A model generated the notes under the pieces. The model was not told where the DNA came from. It ran no database searches and saw only the letters and a list, made by a program, of their open reading frames with translations. Below, piece after piece: positions 29,981-39,257 of a DNA stretch of 64,000 nt. Numbering within the stretch: the stretch's first letter is position 1; every line of letters starts with the position of its first letter. A program made the translations under genes and the position numbers. The DNA comes from Candidatus Kerfeldbacteria bacterium CG_4_10_14_0_8_um_filter_42_10 (GTDB lineage: Bacteria; Patescibacteriota; Patescibacteriia; UM-FILTER-42-10), in NCBI GenBank assembly GCA_002784945.1, contig PFMD01000002.1, forward strand, positions 10,477 to 74,476. Direction: 5' to 3'.

Positions 29981-30081
29981 TAGCTTTGTAGCTTCTTAGC
30001 TTCTTAGCTTTTTAGCTTATTAGGCTTAGATTACGGATAGCTCAACTAAAAAGCTAATAAGCTACCAACCCAAGAAGCTAA
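29981..30081. repeat. Inverted TAGCT-core short-repeat array, copy 3
   Basis: tagctttg tagcttct tagcttct tagctttt tagcttat ... aaagctaa taagctac ... gaagctaa. Confidence 0.85.
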
Positions 30082-30560
30082 TTTCTATTCCAGTCAAAAC
30101 CTATTTTAGGATCATCAAAAGACAATCTTTCTTCGTCTGGATCATTTACGTTATAGCTTTCCGTGGTGTGGTAAAAAAGCAAGACCGGTTCCTTAGAAAT
30201 GACCTTGTAGCCATGCGCCACCCCGGCGGGAATTACAATCAGTTTATAGTCATCCTGGCCGGCATAAACTACTTGGGCTTCTCCTTTAGTAGAGGAATTC
30301 TCCCTCAGATCATACAAAACGACCATGGCTTGGCCGGTTGCGACAAACCAAAGATCGTCCTGTTTTTTATGGTAGTGAAATGCTTTGATGGCATCCTGGT
30401 ACGCAACGGTAAAAGTCGTTTGTCCAAATTTTTTTAGCAATCCTTCATCATCGCGGAGCACTTCCATTAAAAAGCCGGGTTTTTCCTTACTGTCTTTTCG
30501 GTCAGGAATATCCTGATGGACCGCTAATTTTTTTATTTTTACACCCTTAATAATTTCCAT
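30078..30560 (-). CDS. rfbC: dTDP-4-dehydrorhamnose 3,5-epimerase family (RmlC/SpsL-like)
   Basis: G.LME..R, KAFHYH..Q.DLW, DLR..S.T, IP.GVAHG cupin motifs. Confidence 0.85.
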   Translation of the reverse strand: MEIIKGVKIKKLAVHQDIPDRKDSKEKPGFLMEVLRDDEGLLKKFGQTTFTVAYQDAIKAFHYHKKQDDLWFVATGQAMVVLYDLRENSSTKGEAQVVYAGQDDYKLIVIPAGVAHGYKVISKEPVLLFYHTTESYNVNDPDEERLSFDDPKIGFDWNRN

Positions 30561-31285
30561 TATTTTTGGTTTACCTTATTATAAAGAATTCGTGCGGTCT
30601 CAAAAAGAGTGTCTATTGATTCTCCTGCGTCTCCCCACCATCCCTTCATAATCTCGTAGGTAAGTATGTCTTGCTGAAGGTAAAAGTTGTTGACGTCGGT
30701 AATTTCCAATTCTCCCCTTGATGACGGCTTTAGATTCTTTATTACTTTAAATACTTGAGCGTCATAGAAATACACTCCAATCACTGCCAGATTACTGGCT
30801 GAGTTCTTTGGCTTTTCAACTATTTTTTCAATTTTTTCATTTTTAATAAAAGCAATACCGTATTGTTCCGGATGATCCACTTTCTTTAAGAAAATCTTCG
30901 CTCCTTTTTCCTGTTTTGTAAAATCATGAACAGCTGAACTCAAGTTGTGGTCAAATATATTGTCACCAAGAACTACCGCTACGGGGCCTTCATCCGCAAA
31001 ATCCTCAGCTAGATTCAAGGCCTGAGCAATCCCTCCGGGTTCTTCCTGCACCGCATAAGACAGGTGAACACCCAATTCTCTACCATCCCCCAATAATTCC
31101 AAAAAGTGTCCGGCGTGCCCCTTTCCTGATACAATCAAAATTTGATCAATACCAGCCAGTTGCAAAGACTGTAGCGGATAATAAATCATAGGTTTATTGT
31201 AAACCGGCAATAGATGTTTGTTAGTAACTTTAGTTAACGGGGACAAACGCGAGCCTGTCCCTCCGGCGAGAATGATTCCCTTCAT
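30560..31285 (-). CDS. rfbA: Glucose-1-phosphate thymidylyltransferase (RmlA/SpsI short form)
   Basis: GIILAGG.GSRL.PLT, K.LLPVY.KPMIYY, Q..P.GIAQA, LGDN, EKP, RGELEITD. Confidence 0.92.
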   Translation of the reverse strand: MKGIILAGGTGSRLSPLTKVTNKHLLPVYNKPMIYYPLQSLQLAGIDQILIVSGKGHAGHFLELLGDGRELGVHLSYAVQEEPGGIAQALNLAEDFADEGPVAVVLGDNIFDHNLSSAVHDFTKQEKGAKIFLKKVDHPEQYGIAFIKNEKIEKIVEKPKNSASNLAVIGVYFYDAQVFKVIKNLKPSSRGELEITDVNNFYLQQDILTYEIMKGWWGDAGESIDTLFETARILYNKVNQK

Positions 31286-31361
31286 GGTTTTTAAATGGTT
31301 AATTGTCTAAAAATACTAGAATTTTCTAAATTCAATTCTATACTATAATATTTTATTTAAC

Positions 31362-31390
31362 TTTACAAGTTTAGTCCTGTTTGTTATAAT
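31362..31390 (+). promoter_or_regulatory. Sigma70 promoter of the glycan operon
   Basis: TTTACA, 17 bp, TATAAT with extended TG. Confidence 0.65.
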
Positions 31391-31435
31391 TATCACCAAA
31401 TTGAGTTTAAATATCTCCTCTATAATTTTAGAAAA

Positions 31436-32392
31436 ATGACCACAATTTTAGTTACGGGCGGCGCGGGTTTTATTGGATCCCATATTTGCAAAAAACTGGT
31501 GGAACGCGGCGATCTGGTAATTTGCCTTGATAATTTCAATAATTATTACTCGCCTCTTCGAAAAATAGAAAACATCAAGCCCTTTTTGGACAAGAGTAAT
31601 TTTCTTCTTTATGTAGTTGATGTTACCAATAAAATTTCATTAGAGGAAGTATTTAAAAAACATAAAATTGATAAAATCGTCCATCTGGCGGCGCGAGCTG
31701 GGGTGCGACCTTCCATTGAACAGCCCTTGCTGTATCAAGAAGCAAACGTTCAAGGTACGGTAAACTTATTAGAGCTTTCGAAAAAATACGGAATAAAAAA
31801 TTTCATTTTCGGATCATCATCTTCCGTATATGGGGAAAACAAAAAAATTCCCTTTACGGAGAATGACAATGTTGATTATCCCGTTTCTCCTTATGCGGCT
31901 TCTAAAAAAGCCTGCGAGCTTTTTTGCTATACCTACAGTCATCTCACTAATCTGAATATAACCTGTTTGAGATTTTTTACGGTTTACGGTCCTCAGGGAA
32001 GGCCCGATATGGTTCCCTACCGTTTTACCGACTGGATCTATCAAGGCCAGGAACTTATTCGCTATGGCGATGGAACCACCAGGCGCGATTATACCTACAT
32101 TGATGATATTATTCAGGGAATTTTGTTAGCCTTGGAGAAAAATTTCAAATTCGAAATTATTAATTTAGGAAATTCTCAAACGGTGGAATTAAGCTATTTT
32201 ATTAGTGTTATCGAAAATCTTTTAGATAAAAAGGCTAAAATAAAAGTGCTGCCCGAACAGCCCGGCGACGTTCCCATTACCTATGCCGATATTTCTAAGG
32301 CGCAAGAGCTTTTGGGATTTGCGCCTAAAACGAAAATAGAAGAGGGAATGGAAAAATTTGTTAAGTGGTATTTAAATAATCTAAAAAAATAA
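31436..32392 (+). CDS. NAD-dependent epimerase (UDP-glucuronate 4-epimerase-like)
   Basis: TGGAGFIG, HLAARAGVRPS, SSSSVYG, PYAASK, RFFTVYGP.GRPDM, RDYTY, PGDV. Confidence 0.9.
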   Translation: MTTILVTGGAGFIGSHICKKLVERGDLVICLDNFNNYYSPLRKIENIKPFLDKSNFLLYVVDVTNKISLEEVFKKHKIDKIVHLAARAGVRPSIEQPLLYQEANVQGTVNLLELSKKYGIKNFIFGSSSSVYGENKKIPFTENDNVDYPVSPYAASKKACELFCYTYSHLTNLNITCLRFFTVYGPQGRPDMVPYRFTDWIYQGQELIRYGDGTTRRDYTYIDDIIQGILLALEKNFKFEIINLGNSQTVELSYFISVIENLLDKKAKIKVLPEQPGDVPITYADISKAQELLGFAPKTKIEEGMEKFVKWYLNNLKK

Positions 32393-33363
32393 TGACTAAT
32401 GAAATAAAACCTAAATATTCAATTATTGTTCCGGCTTACAATGAAGCGGAATCAATTGAAAAGCTGCATCAGGATATTGTCTCCGTGATGAACGCTCAGA
32501 ACGAGCCTTATGAAATTATTTTTATTGATGACGGATCCAAAGATGCCACCTTTGAAACAATGCAATCGCTTACTCCTCTTAAAATAATTAAGTTTCGGGG
32601 CAATTACGGTCAAACCGCCGGCTTAGATGCCGGGATCAAGCAGGCATGCGGTGAAATATTGATCACCTTAGATAGCGATGGCCAGAATCCCCCTTATGAA
32701 ATTCCCAAGCTTATTTCTAAAATGAAAGAGGGCTGGGATGTAGTTTCCGGATGGCGGCATAAAAGAAAAGATTCCTTTTTAAAAAAATTCGTATCACGGG
32801 GAGCGAACGCTTTAAGAAAAATATTGATTAATGACCACATTCATGATTCCGGCTGCACCTTAAAAGCATTTAAGAAAGAATGCTTTAACGGGTTAGATCT
32901 TTTTGGTGAAATACATCGGTTCATACCGGCTATTCTAATCTGGAAGGGATTCAAAGTAGCTGAGGTGAGAGTAGATCATTTACCCAGGATGAAAGGAAAA
33001 ACAAAGTACAACTGGAAAAGAATATTAAAAGGTTTCATTGATATGCTGTCTGTATGGTTTTGGAGAAAGTATTCTAATCGCCCTTTACATTTATTCGGCG
33101 GAGTCGGAATTCTTTTCGGACTGCTCGGCACGGTTCTGGGATTGTATTTAGCAGTTGCCCGAATTCTAAAATTGATTTCACTGCAACGCAGCATTTGGCC
33201 GTTAGTTTCTATCTTTTTGATTTTGGCTGGAATCCAACTGTTTATTTCGGGATTATTGGCCGATATCGCCATAAAAAACTACTATAAAGGAAATCGCCTT
33301 ACTGTTTATAACATCGAGAAGATAGTGGTAAATGATTCAAAAGATAAAAAATTAACTGCGTGA
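32392..33363 (+). CDS. GT2 polyprenyl-phosphate glycosyltransferase (ArnC/GtrB-like)
   Basis: PAYNE, DDGS.D, N.GQ, D.DGQ, HDSGC, HRFIP; two C-terminal TMs. Confidence 0.88.
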   Translation: MTNEIKPKYSIIVPAYNEAESIEKLHQDIVSVMNAQNEPYEIIFIDDGSKDATFETMQSLTPLKIIKFRGNYGQTAGLDAGIKQACGEILITLDSDGQNPPYEIPKLISKMKEGWDVVSGWRHKRKDSFLKKFVSRGANALRKILINDHIHDSGCTLKAFKKECFNGLDLFGEIHRFIPAILIWKGFKVAEVRVDHLPRMKGKTKYNWKRILKGFIDMLSVWFWRKYSNRPLHLFGGVGILFGLLGTVLGLYLAVARILKLISLQRSIWPLVSIFLILAGIQLFISGLLADIAIKNYYKGNRLTVYNIEKIVVNDSKDKKLTA

Positions 33364-33408
33364 TTTTATAAAAATTAATTCCTTTGGTAATCCCTTCTGG
33401 ACGAAAGA

Positions 33409-34563
33409 ATGAGAATTTTACTGATCAATAACGAGTATCCTCCGATTGGGGGTGGCGGCTCAACCGTTAATAAATATACTGCTGAATATTTTGTCAGGCT
33501 GGGTCACGAAGTACATCTCGTCACCTCAAAATACCAAGATTTACCCCGTGAAACAAAAGAAAATGGCATTTATATCCATCGCATTCCCGCTGTCCGAAGA
33601 TATAAGGATTTTTGTTCATGGTGGGAACTGGCTACATTTACTGTTTCGGCCATCTGGTTTTCTTCGATTTTCATAAAAAAAATAAAACCAGACCTAATCC
33701 AGTCATATTTTGCCGTACCATCCGGCTTGGTAGCCTGGCTGGTAACCAGATTTCAAAGAGGTATCCCCTACTTTGTTTATTTAGGAGGTTCCGACGTTCC
33801 CGGAGCAAACCCTTCCCGTTTTAAGTATTTGTATCCTTTTCTTAAACCATTAATAAAGCTAATCTTTCGCCAATCCCAAGCGGTCATTGCTTGCTCTGAT
33901 CGTCTATTAGCGCTCGCTAAAATGGTGGACCACAAGTCTAATATTGTTTTAATACCAAATGGCGTTGACACAACCCGTTTTCAGCCAGCTTTACCCAAAT
34001 CACCATCAGACGAATTAATTATTTTAGGGGTGGGGAGATTAATAAAAAGAAAAGGGTTTCAGTTCGTTATTCAAGCCTTGCCGCAAGTTCTTGAAAAATC
34101 GAAGCGGAAGTTCAAGTTCAGAATAGTCGGGATCGGCGAATACAAAACTGAACTTGAAAAAATTATCAACTCCGGCGGCCTAAGCCAATATATTGAATTT
34201 AGGGGTTTGGTCGACTATTCAAATTTGCATGAAGAATACCAGCAGGCGGATATTTTCGTAATGCCTTCCTTATCCGAGGGAATGCCCTGCGCCTTGCTTG
34301 AAGCGATGGCTTGCGGTCTTCCGGCAATTGTGACTAAAGTTTCCGGAAACGATGAATTGGTAAAAAACGGAGTGAATGGCTACCTTTATGATGTGGATAA
34401 TCAAGGCAAAGATTGCGATCTTCGCGGCTTGTCGGATCATTTGGCAAATTTATTGAATGACGACGATATGCGGGCTAAGATGGCCCAAGCATCGCGGGAA
34501 ACAACTAAACGATATGATTGGAAAAATATATCTTTGGAATATCTGAAATTATACGAGCAATAA
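33409..34563 (+). CDS. GT4 glycosyltransferase
   Basis: EYPPIGGGG, PNGVD, VGRL..RKG, PS..EG....LEAMA.G.P. Confidence 0.92.
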   Translation: MRILLINNEYPPIGGGGSTVNKYTAEYFVRLGHEVHLVTSKYQDLPRETKENGIYIHRIPAVRRYKDFCSWWELATFTVSAIWFSSIFIKKIKPDLIQSYFAVPSGLVAWLVTRFQRGIPYFVYLGGSDVPGANPSRFKYLYPFLKPLIKLIFRQSQAVIACSDRLLALAKMVDHKSNIVLIPNGVDTTRFQPALPKSPSDELIILGVGRLIKRKGFQFVIQALPQVLEKSKRKFKFRIVGIGEYKTELEKIINSGGLSQYIEFRGLVDYSNLHEEYQQADIFVMPSLSEGMPCALLEAMACGLPAIVTKVSGNDELVKNGVNGYLYDVDNQGKDCDLRGLSDHLANLLNDDDMRAKMAQASRETTKRYDWKNISLEYLKLYEQ

Positions 34564-34581
34564 TGAATTTGTTTAGATTTT

Positions 34582-35580
34582 ATGAAAAACGGCAAGGAAT
34601 TAAAAAGACTATTTAGCAATAAGAAAGCACTGGTCATAGGCGGCCTGGGATTTATCGGTTCAAATATCGCTCACGCTTTAGTAGGGCTAGGAGCGAGAGT
34701 TACAATTTTTTCGCATAGTAAAAAAAAGATTCATAATCTTAAAGGGATTGAAAAAAAAGTTAAAATCATTATAGGAAACATTACTAATTTTTCTTCGGTC
34801 GGTCGCATCATGAAGGGTAAGGACTACATTTTTAACTGCGCTGCTCAAGTTTCATATTTGGATTCGATTAGAAACCCCGTATTGGATCTAGAAACGAACT
34901 GCCACGGTCAGCTGAATATACTAGAGGCGGTGAGAAAAAACTGCCCGAAAGCCAAAATTTTGTTCACTTCTTCCCGTTTGGTTTACGGCAAGGTAACCAC
35001 GCCTATTGTTTCGGAGAATCATCCCACTAATCCTGTTTCCATTTATGCGGCGCACAAATTAGTGGCAGAGAAGTATCATGTTCTTTATCATAAAATTCAC
35101 GGCCTCAACACGGTAATCGCCAGAATTCCCAATCCTTATGGACCCAGACAGCAAATTAATAACATGAAAAGCGGTGCGATCGTCGGCTGGATAATGAAGG
35201 AATTAATGGATGGCGAACAGGTGAAAATTTTCGGAAGTGGCAAGCAAAAAAGGAATTACCTGTTTATTGACGATTTAGTGAACATTCTTCTGCTACTAAT
35301 TACTGATAAAAACGCGAATCGAGGCGAAATATTTAACGTGGGAACAACTGAAACTAATACCTTTAATGAGATGGTAAAAAAGGTTTTTAAAGCGGTGCGA
35401 AGAGGAAGTTACGCCCATATTCCCTGGCCGAAGGATTTTGAGAAAAATGAAACTGGCGATTACGTACCTGATCTTAAAAAAGTTCGGTCGTTTACTGGTT
35501 ATCGAGTATATACTCCTTTAGCAGAAGGGGTGAAAAAAATGATTGAATTTTACAAAAATAATAAAAAATATTATTGGTAA
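34582..35580 (+). CDS. NAD-dependent nucleotide-sugar epimerase/dehydratase
   Basis: GGLGFIGS, YAAHK (YxxxK), NPYGPRQ, RNYLFIDD. Confidence 0.88.
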   Translation: MKNGKELKRLFSNKKALVIGGLGFIGSNIAHALVGLGARVTIFSHSKKKIHNLKGIEKKVKIIIGNITNFSSVGRIMKGKDYIFNCAAQVSYLDSIRNPVLDLETNCHGQLNILEAVRKNCPKAKILFTSSRLVYGKVTTPIVSENHPTNPVSIYAAHKLVAEKYHVLYHKIHGLNTVIARIPNPYGPRQQINNMKSGAIVGWIMKELMDGEQVKIFGSGKQKRNYLFIDDLVNILLLLITDKNANRGEIFNVGTTETNTFNEMVKKVFKAVRRGSYAHIPWPKDFEKNETGDYVPDLKKVRSFTGYRVYTPLAEGVKKMIEFYKNNKKYYW

Positions 35581-35586
35581 TGAAAT

Positions 35587-36471
35587 ATGAAAATTTTTAA
35601 ACTCCTGCTTTATCTAATAGTTAGAAATATTCGGTGGCAAATTATAAAGTTAGCCGCTAAGAACAACGAGATTATCAAAATCATTAAAGGGAATAAGATG
35701 ATTCTTTCCACCTCTCGGAAAGGAGCAGATCTTAAGGAACATAGCATCTTCAAACAATTGGCGCTGGACGGAGAACGGGAATCAGAAGCAACAAAAATTC
35801 TAGAAAAAATAATCAAACCCGGACAAGTTATTTTTGAATTGGGCGCGAATATCGGTTACTACGTACTGATCGAAACAAACTTAATCGGGCCTCAAGGAAA
35901 AATTTACGCCATTGAACCAGAACCTGCTAATTTTGCATTGCTAAAAAGAAATGTCGAAATAAACAAGCTAAATAACGTTCAGTTGTTTAATATTGCCATA
36001 TCGGACCAAGCCGGCAATTTTCCGTTTTACGTCACGGAAAATTCAAACCTGCATTCTATGATCGAACCGAAGGATGGTGAATATAAAAAAGTAATGATAA
36101 AAACGGAGACTGTGGACGAATTTCTTAAAGGCAAAGGCGAGATCAATTTTATTCGAATGGATATTGAAGGTTACGAATATAACGCCCTCAGAGGAATGCG
36201 TGAAACATTAGAGAAAAATCCGAATATTAGTCTATTTATTGAATTACATTGTAATCTCATTGGACCGGATAAAAGCAAGGCCATTTTGAAGGATCTACGG
36301 GCATACGGATTTGAAATACTGTATTTGGTTGCCCATGACAATTTCCAGAGAAGGATAATGGGTGAAACAACCGTAGAACAAATGTCGATAAACGATTTCT
36401 GTAACGATCCCCGTTTATTGAATAAACAAAATGCCTTTGAAATATTTTTCAGTAAACAAAATGCTCAGTAA
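35587..36471 (+). CDS. FkbM-family SAM methyltransferase
   Basis: ELGANIGYY, AIEP.P.N, RMDIEGYE, IELH. Confidence 0.9.
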   Translation: MKIFKLLLYLIVRNIRWQIIKLAAKNNEIIKIIKGNKMILSTSRKGADLKEHSIFKQLALDGERESEATKILEKIIKPGQVIFELGANIGYYVLIETNLIGPQGKIYAIEPEPANFALLKRNVEINKLNNVQLFNIAISDQAGNFPFYVTENSNLHSMIEPKDGEYKKVMIKTETVDEFLKGKGEINFIRMDIEGYEYNALRGMRETLEKNPNISLFIELHCNLIGPDKSKAILKDLRAYGFEILYLVAHDNFQRRIMGETTVEQMSINDFCNDPRLLNKQNAFEIFFSKQNAQ

Positions 36472-37327
36472 ATACAAAATCACTGTTTGCATTCTGCATT
36501 TCAGAAAAATAAAACAATTAAAAAAAACTATCGCCGATTTGTTGGCAAACACCGTCACTCCCATTAAAATCAAACTGTTAAATCAAGGCTACCTTGACGG
36601 TGAAATAACGTCTTACCTCCAACAATTGGAATCTTTAGACAATGTGGAAATTATTTACGGCAAAACAAACATTGGTTGTTCCCCGGGTAGAAATTTGCTT
36701 ACGCACGATATTGACACGCCCTTTATAATGATCTTGGATGACGATATTTATGTCAGCAAAAATTGGGATATCCCTGTTATGGAATATTTCGATACTCATC
36801 CTAAAATTGGTGCCATTGGATTTTCACTGTACAAAACGAACGCTAAATTCTGGTTTACTGGCGGACAATATTTAAATCTTAAAGGCAAAACAATTACCGC
36901 CAAGCGACCTTTTTTAGACCCTCAGACTACCAGCCAAGAATTCATTACGGTAGATGATATTTGCGCCGGAGCAATGATATATCGAAGTGAACTGCAAAAT
37001 ATCATACCCTGGGACAAAAACTATTTTATTGCCTTTGAAGACCTGGAAAAAGCGGTTTACCTAAAACGAAGCGGTTACCAATGCGCTGTTTCCATTCAAA
37101 GTAAATTCATACATGACAAGGTTTCAGAGCAAAAAGAGTTTAGGGAGTATAATAAGGATCGAAGAAATTATCACGCTATGCGCAAGGCTTATCTCCATTT
37201 CCTGACCAAAAATGGCCTTAGAATGGAGTTAAAGCGTCACATCTTCTATAAGTACTTCTGCCTTTTGCCTGAATCCTTTTTAAGAAATTTTTCATATTTT
37301 TGGCTAAAATTAAAATCAAGGGATTAG
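36461..37327 (+). CDS. GT2 glycosyltransferase
   Basis: NIG.SPGRN, ILDDD, FEDLE; ATG at 36461 preferred over the track start 36431. Confidence 0.8.
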   Translation: MLSKYKITVCILHFRKIKQLKKTIADLLANTVTPIKIKLLNQGYLDGEITSYLQQLESLDNVEIIYGKTNIGCSPGRNLLTHDIDTPFIMILDDDIYVSKNWDIPVMEYFDTHPKIGAIGFSLYKTNAKFWFTGGQYLNLKGKTITAKRPFLDPQTTSQEFITVDDICAGAMIYRSELQNIIPWDKNYFIAFEDLEKAVYLKRSGYQCAVSIQSKFIHDKVSEQKEFREYNKDRRNYHAMRKAYLHFLTKNGLRMELKRHIFYKYFCLLPESFLRNFSYFWLKLKSRD

Positions 37328-37402
37328 AACATTAGCTTAGTTTAAAAATCTTAACAAAAACTGGATTTCTAAGAAGAAATTCCCTAATTACACTTAACTC
37401 TC

Positions 37403-39211
37403 ATGCTCACATTACTTAAAAAATTAAACGAGATACTACTGCCCGGTGATAAAGGTAAGTTGATTATGCTTTTTTTTCTCATGTTCGTGGCGGCAATTCT
37501 CGAAGTGGTAGGAATTGGGATGATTTTGACCTTCATTTCAATTGTTTCTGACCCAAGTAAGCTTTTGAATATTCCGTGGCTGGCTTCAATATTAACCAAC
37601 ATCGGCATAGATAATTCTCGAGATATGTTAATTTATGGATCAATTCTCCTAATCGCTATTTTTATTTTTAAGAATGTTTACTTGATTATTTTTTATTCCA
37701 TTCAGTCACATTTCATTTACAATCGATTCAGTTCTATTGCTACTCGTCTTTTTGAAAGATACATGAACACTCCGTATGTATTCCACTTAAAGAATAATAC
37801 TGCCCGACTGATTCGAAATATAACGGTCGAAACGACGCTGCTAGGGCATAATGTTATGTTGCCTATTTTAGCGATTATAATGGACACCATAATGATAATC
37901 AGTATTGTCATCTTTTTACTAGTTGTTGAACCTTTAAATACAATGATTGTGTTAATCATAATTGGAGGAGCAAGCGGAATGTTTCTTAGACTGATAAGAG
38001 CTCGAATACATTCTTACGGAGCTCAATCGCAAGAGGAACGAGCCGTCATGATTCAGGGAGTGAACGAAGGTTTGGGAGGAATTAAGGAAATAATGGTACA
38101 AAACCGGCAGCCCTGGTTTGTTAAGTGGTTTCAATCATCGGTTCAGAATTTCTCCAAAGCGGAAACATATAAAGAAATATTTCGACTTAGCTCTAAACCG
38201 GTTATTGAAACTGTGGCCGTAACCGGTATGCTATTAATCGCTCTTGTTCTTATCTGGCAAGGGAGAGGAGTTGAGTCCATTATCCCAGTTCTCACTCTCT
38301 TTGGCGTAGCCACATTTAAACTTATGCCCTCGCTCGATAAGGTGATTGGCAACTATAATCTTTTGAGATATTACGGATACGCCCTTGGACCAATCCATGA
38401 CGACCTAATAAATTTGAGTCCACAGAATCAAAACTCTCAACAAAATTCTATTGTTGATAAGCAAAAAATTGGTCTTCATGATAGAATAGAGCTCGAAGAA
38501 ATTAGTTATTCTTATCCCGAAAGCTCTAAAATGGTATTGCATGATTTATCATTAACAATAAAAAGGGGGGCTGCCGTGGGATTTGTTGGGGCATCGGGAT
38601 CGGGAAAAACGACCATTGTGGATTTAATTCTTGGCCTATTGGAATGCGATAAAGGCACGGTAAAAGTGGATGGACAAGATATAAAGAATAATCTTCCCGG
38701 CTGGCAAAAAAATATCGGCTATATCCCCCAGTTCATTTTTCTCTCTGACAATACTATTCGCAATAATATTGCGTTTGGATTGGATAAAGATGAAATTAAT
38801 GAAGAAAAAGTATGGAGCGCAGCCAAAATGGCTCAGCTTGAGGAGTTTATTGAATCATTACCAGACGGGCTAGACACAATGGTGGGTGAACGAGGCATGC
38901 GGCTGAGCGGCGGCCAGCGTCAGAGGATTGGCATAGCCCGCGCTTTATATCATAATCCCGAGGTTTTAATCATGGATGAAGCCACGTCATCATTGGATAA
39001 CAGAACGGAAAGATACGTTATTGAATCGATTGAACGATTAAAGAAGGATCGAACTATAATAATCGTTGCTCATAGATTGACCACGGTAAAAAACTGCGAT
39101 ACGCTTTTTATTATAAAAAATGGCCGGGTGGTTGATACGGGAAATTATCAAGAACTTTTGAAAAAAAGCAATGAGTTTAATTTCTTAGTCCACTCTCCTA
39201 AGGAAAATTAA
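37403..39211 (+). CDS. ABC transporter TMD-NBD fusion, PglK/HepA-like lipid-linked oligosaccharide flippase
   Basis: 6 TMs with external helix after TM1 (LEVVGIG..FI), GASGSGKTT, GYIPQ, LSGGQRQRIGIARALY, DEATSSLD, AHRL; lies in a glycan locus. Confidence 0.85.
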   Translation: MLTLLKKLNEILLPGDKGKLIMLFFLMFVAAILEVVGIGMILTFISIVSDPSKLLNIPWLASILTNIGIDNSRDMLIYGSILLIAIFIFKNVYLIIFYSIQSHFIYNRFSSIATRLFERYMNTPYVFHLKNNTARLIRNITVETTLLGHNVMLPILAIIMDTIMIISIVIFLLVVEPLNTMIVLIIIGGASGMFLRLIRARIHSYGAQSQEERAVMIQGVNEGLGGIKEIMVQNRQPWFVKWFQSSVQNFSKAETYKEIFRLSSKPVIETVAVTGMLLIALVLIWQGRGVESIIPVLTLFGVATFKLMPSLDKVIGNYNLLRYYGYALGPIHDDLINLSPQNQNSQQNSIVDKQKIGLHDRIELEEISYSYPESSKMVLHDLSLTIKRGAAVGFVGASGSGKTTIVDLILGLLECDKGTVKVDGQDIKNNLPGWQKNIGYIPQFIFLSDNTIRNNIAFGLDKDEINEEKVWSAAKMAQLEEFIESLPDGLDTMVGERGMRLSGGQRQRIGIARALYHNPEVLIMDEATSSLDNRTERYVIESIERLKKDRTIIIVAHRLTTVKNCDTLFIIKNGRVVDTGNYQELLKKSNEFNFLVHSPKEN

Positions 39212-39257
39212 TTAGTTTATAAGTTAAAAAGAACTATTCCAATTTAATATTCTTAAT

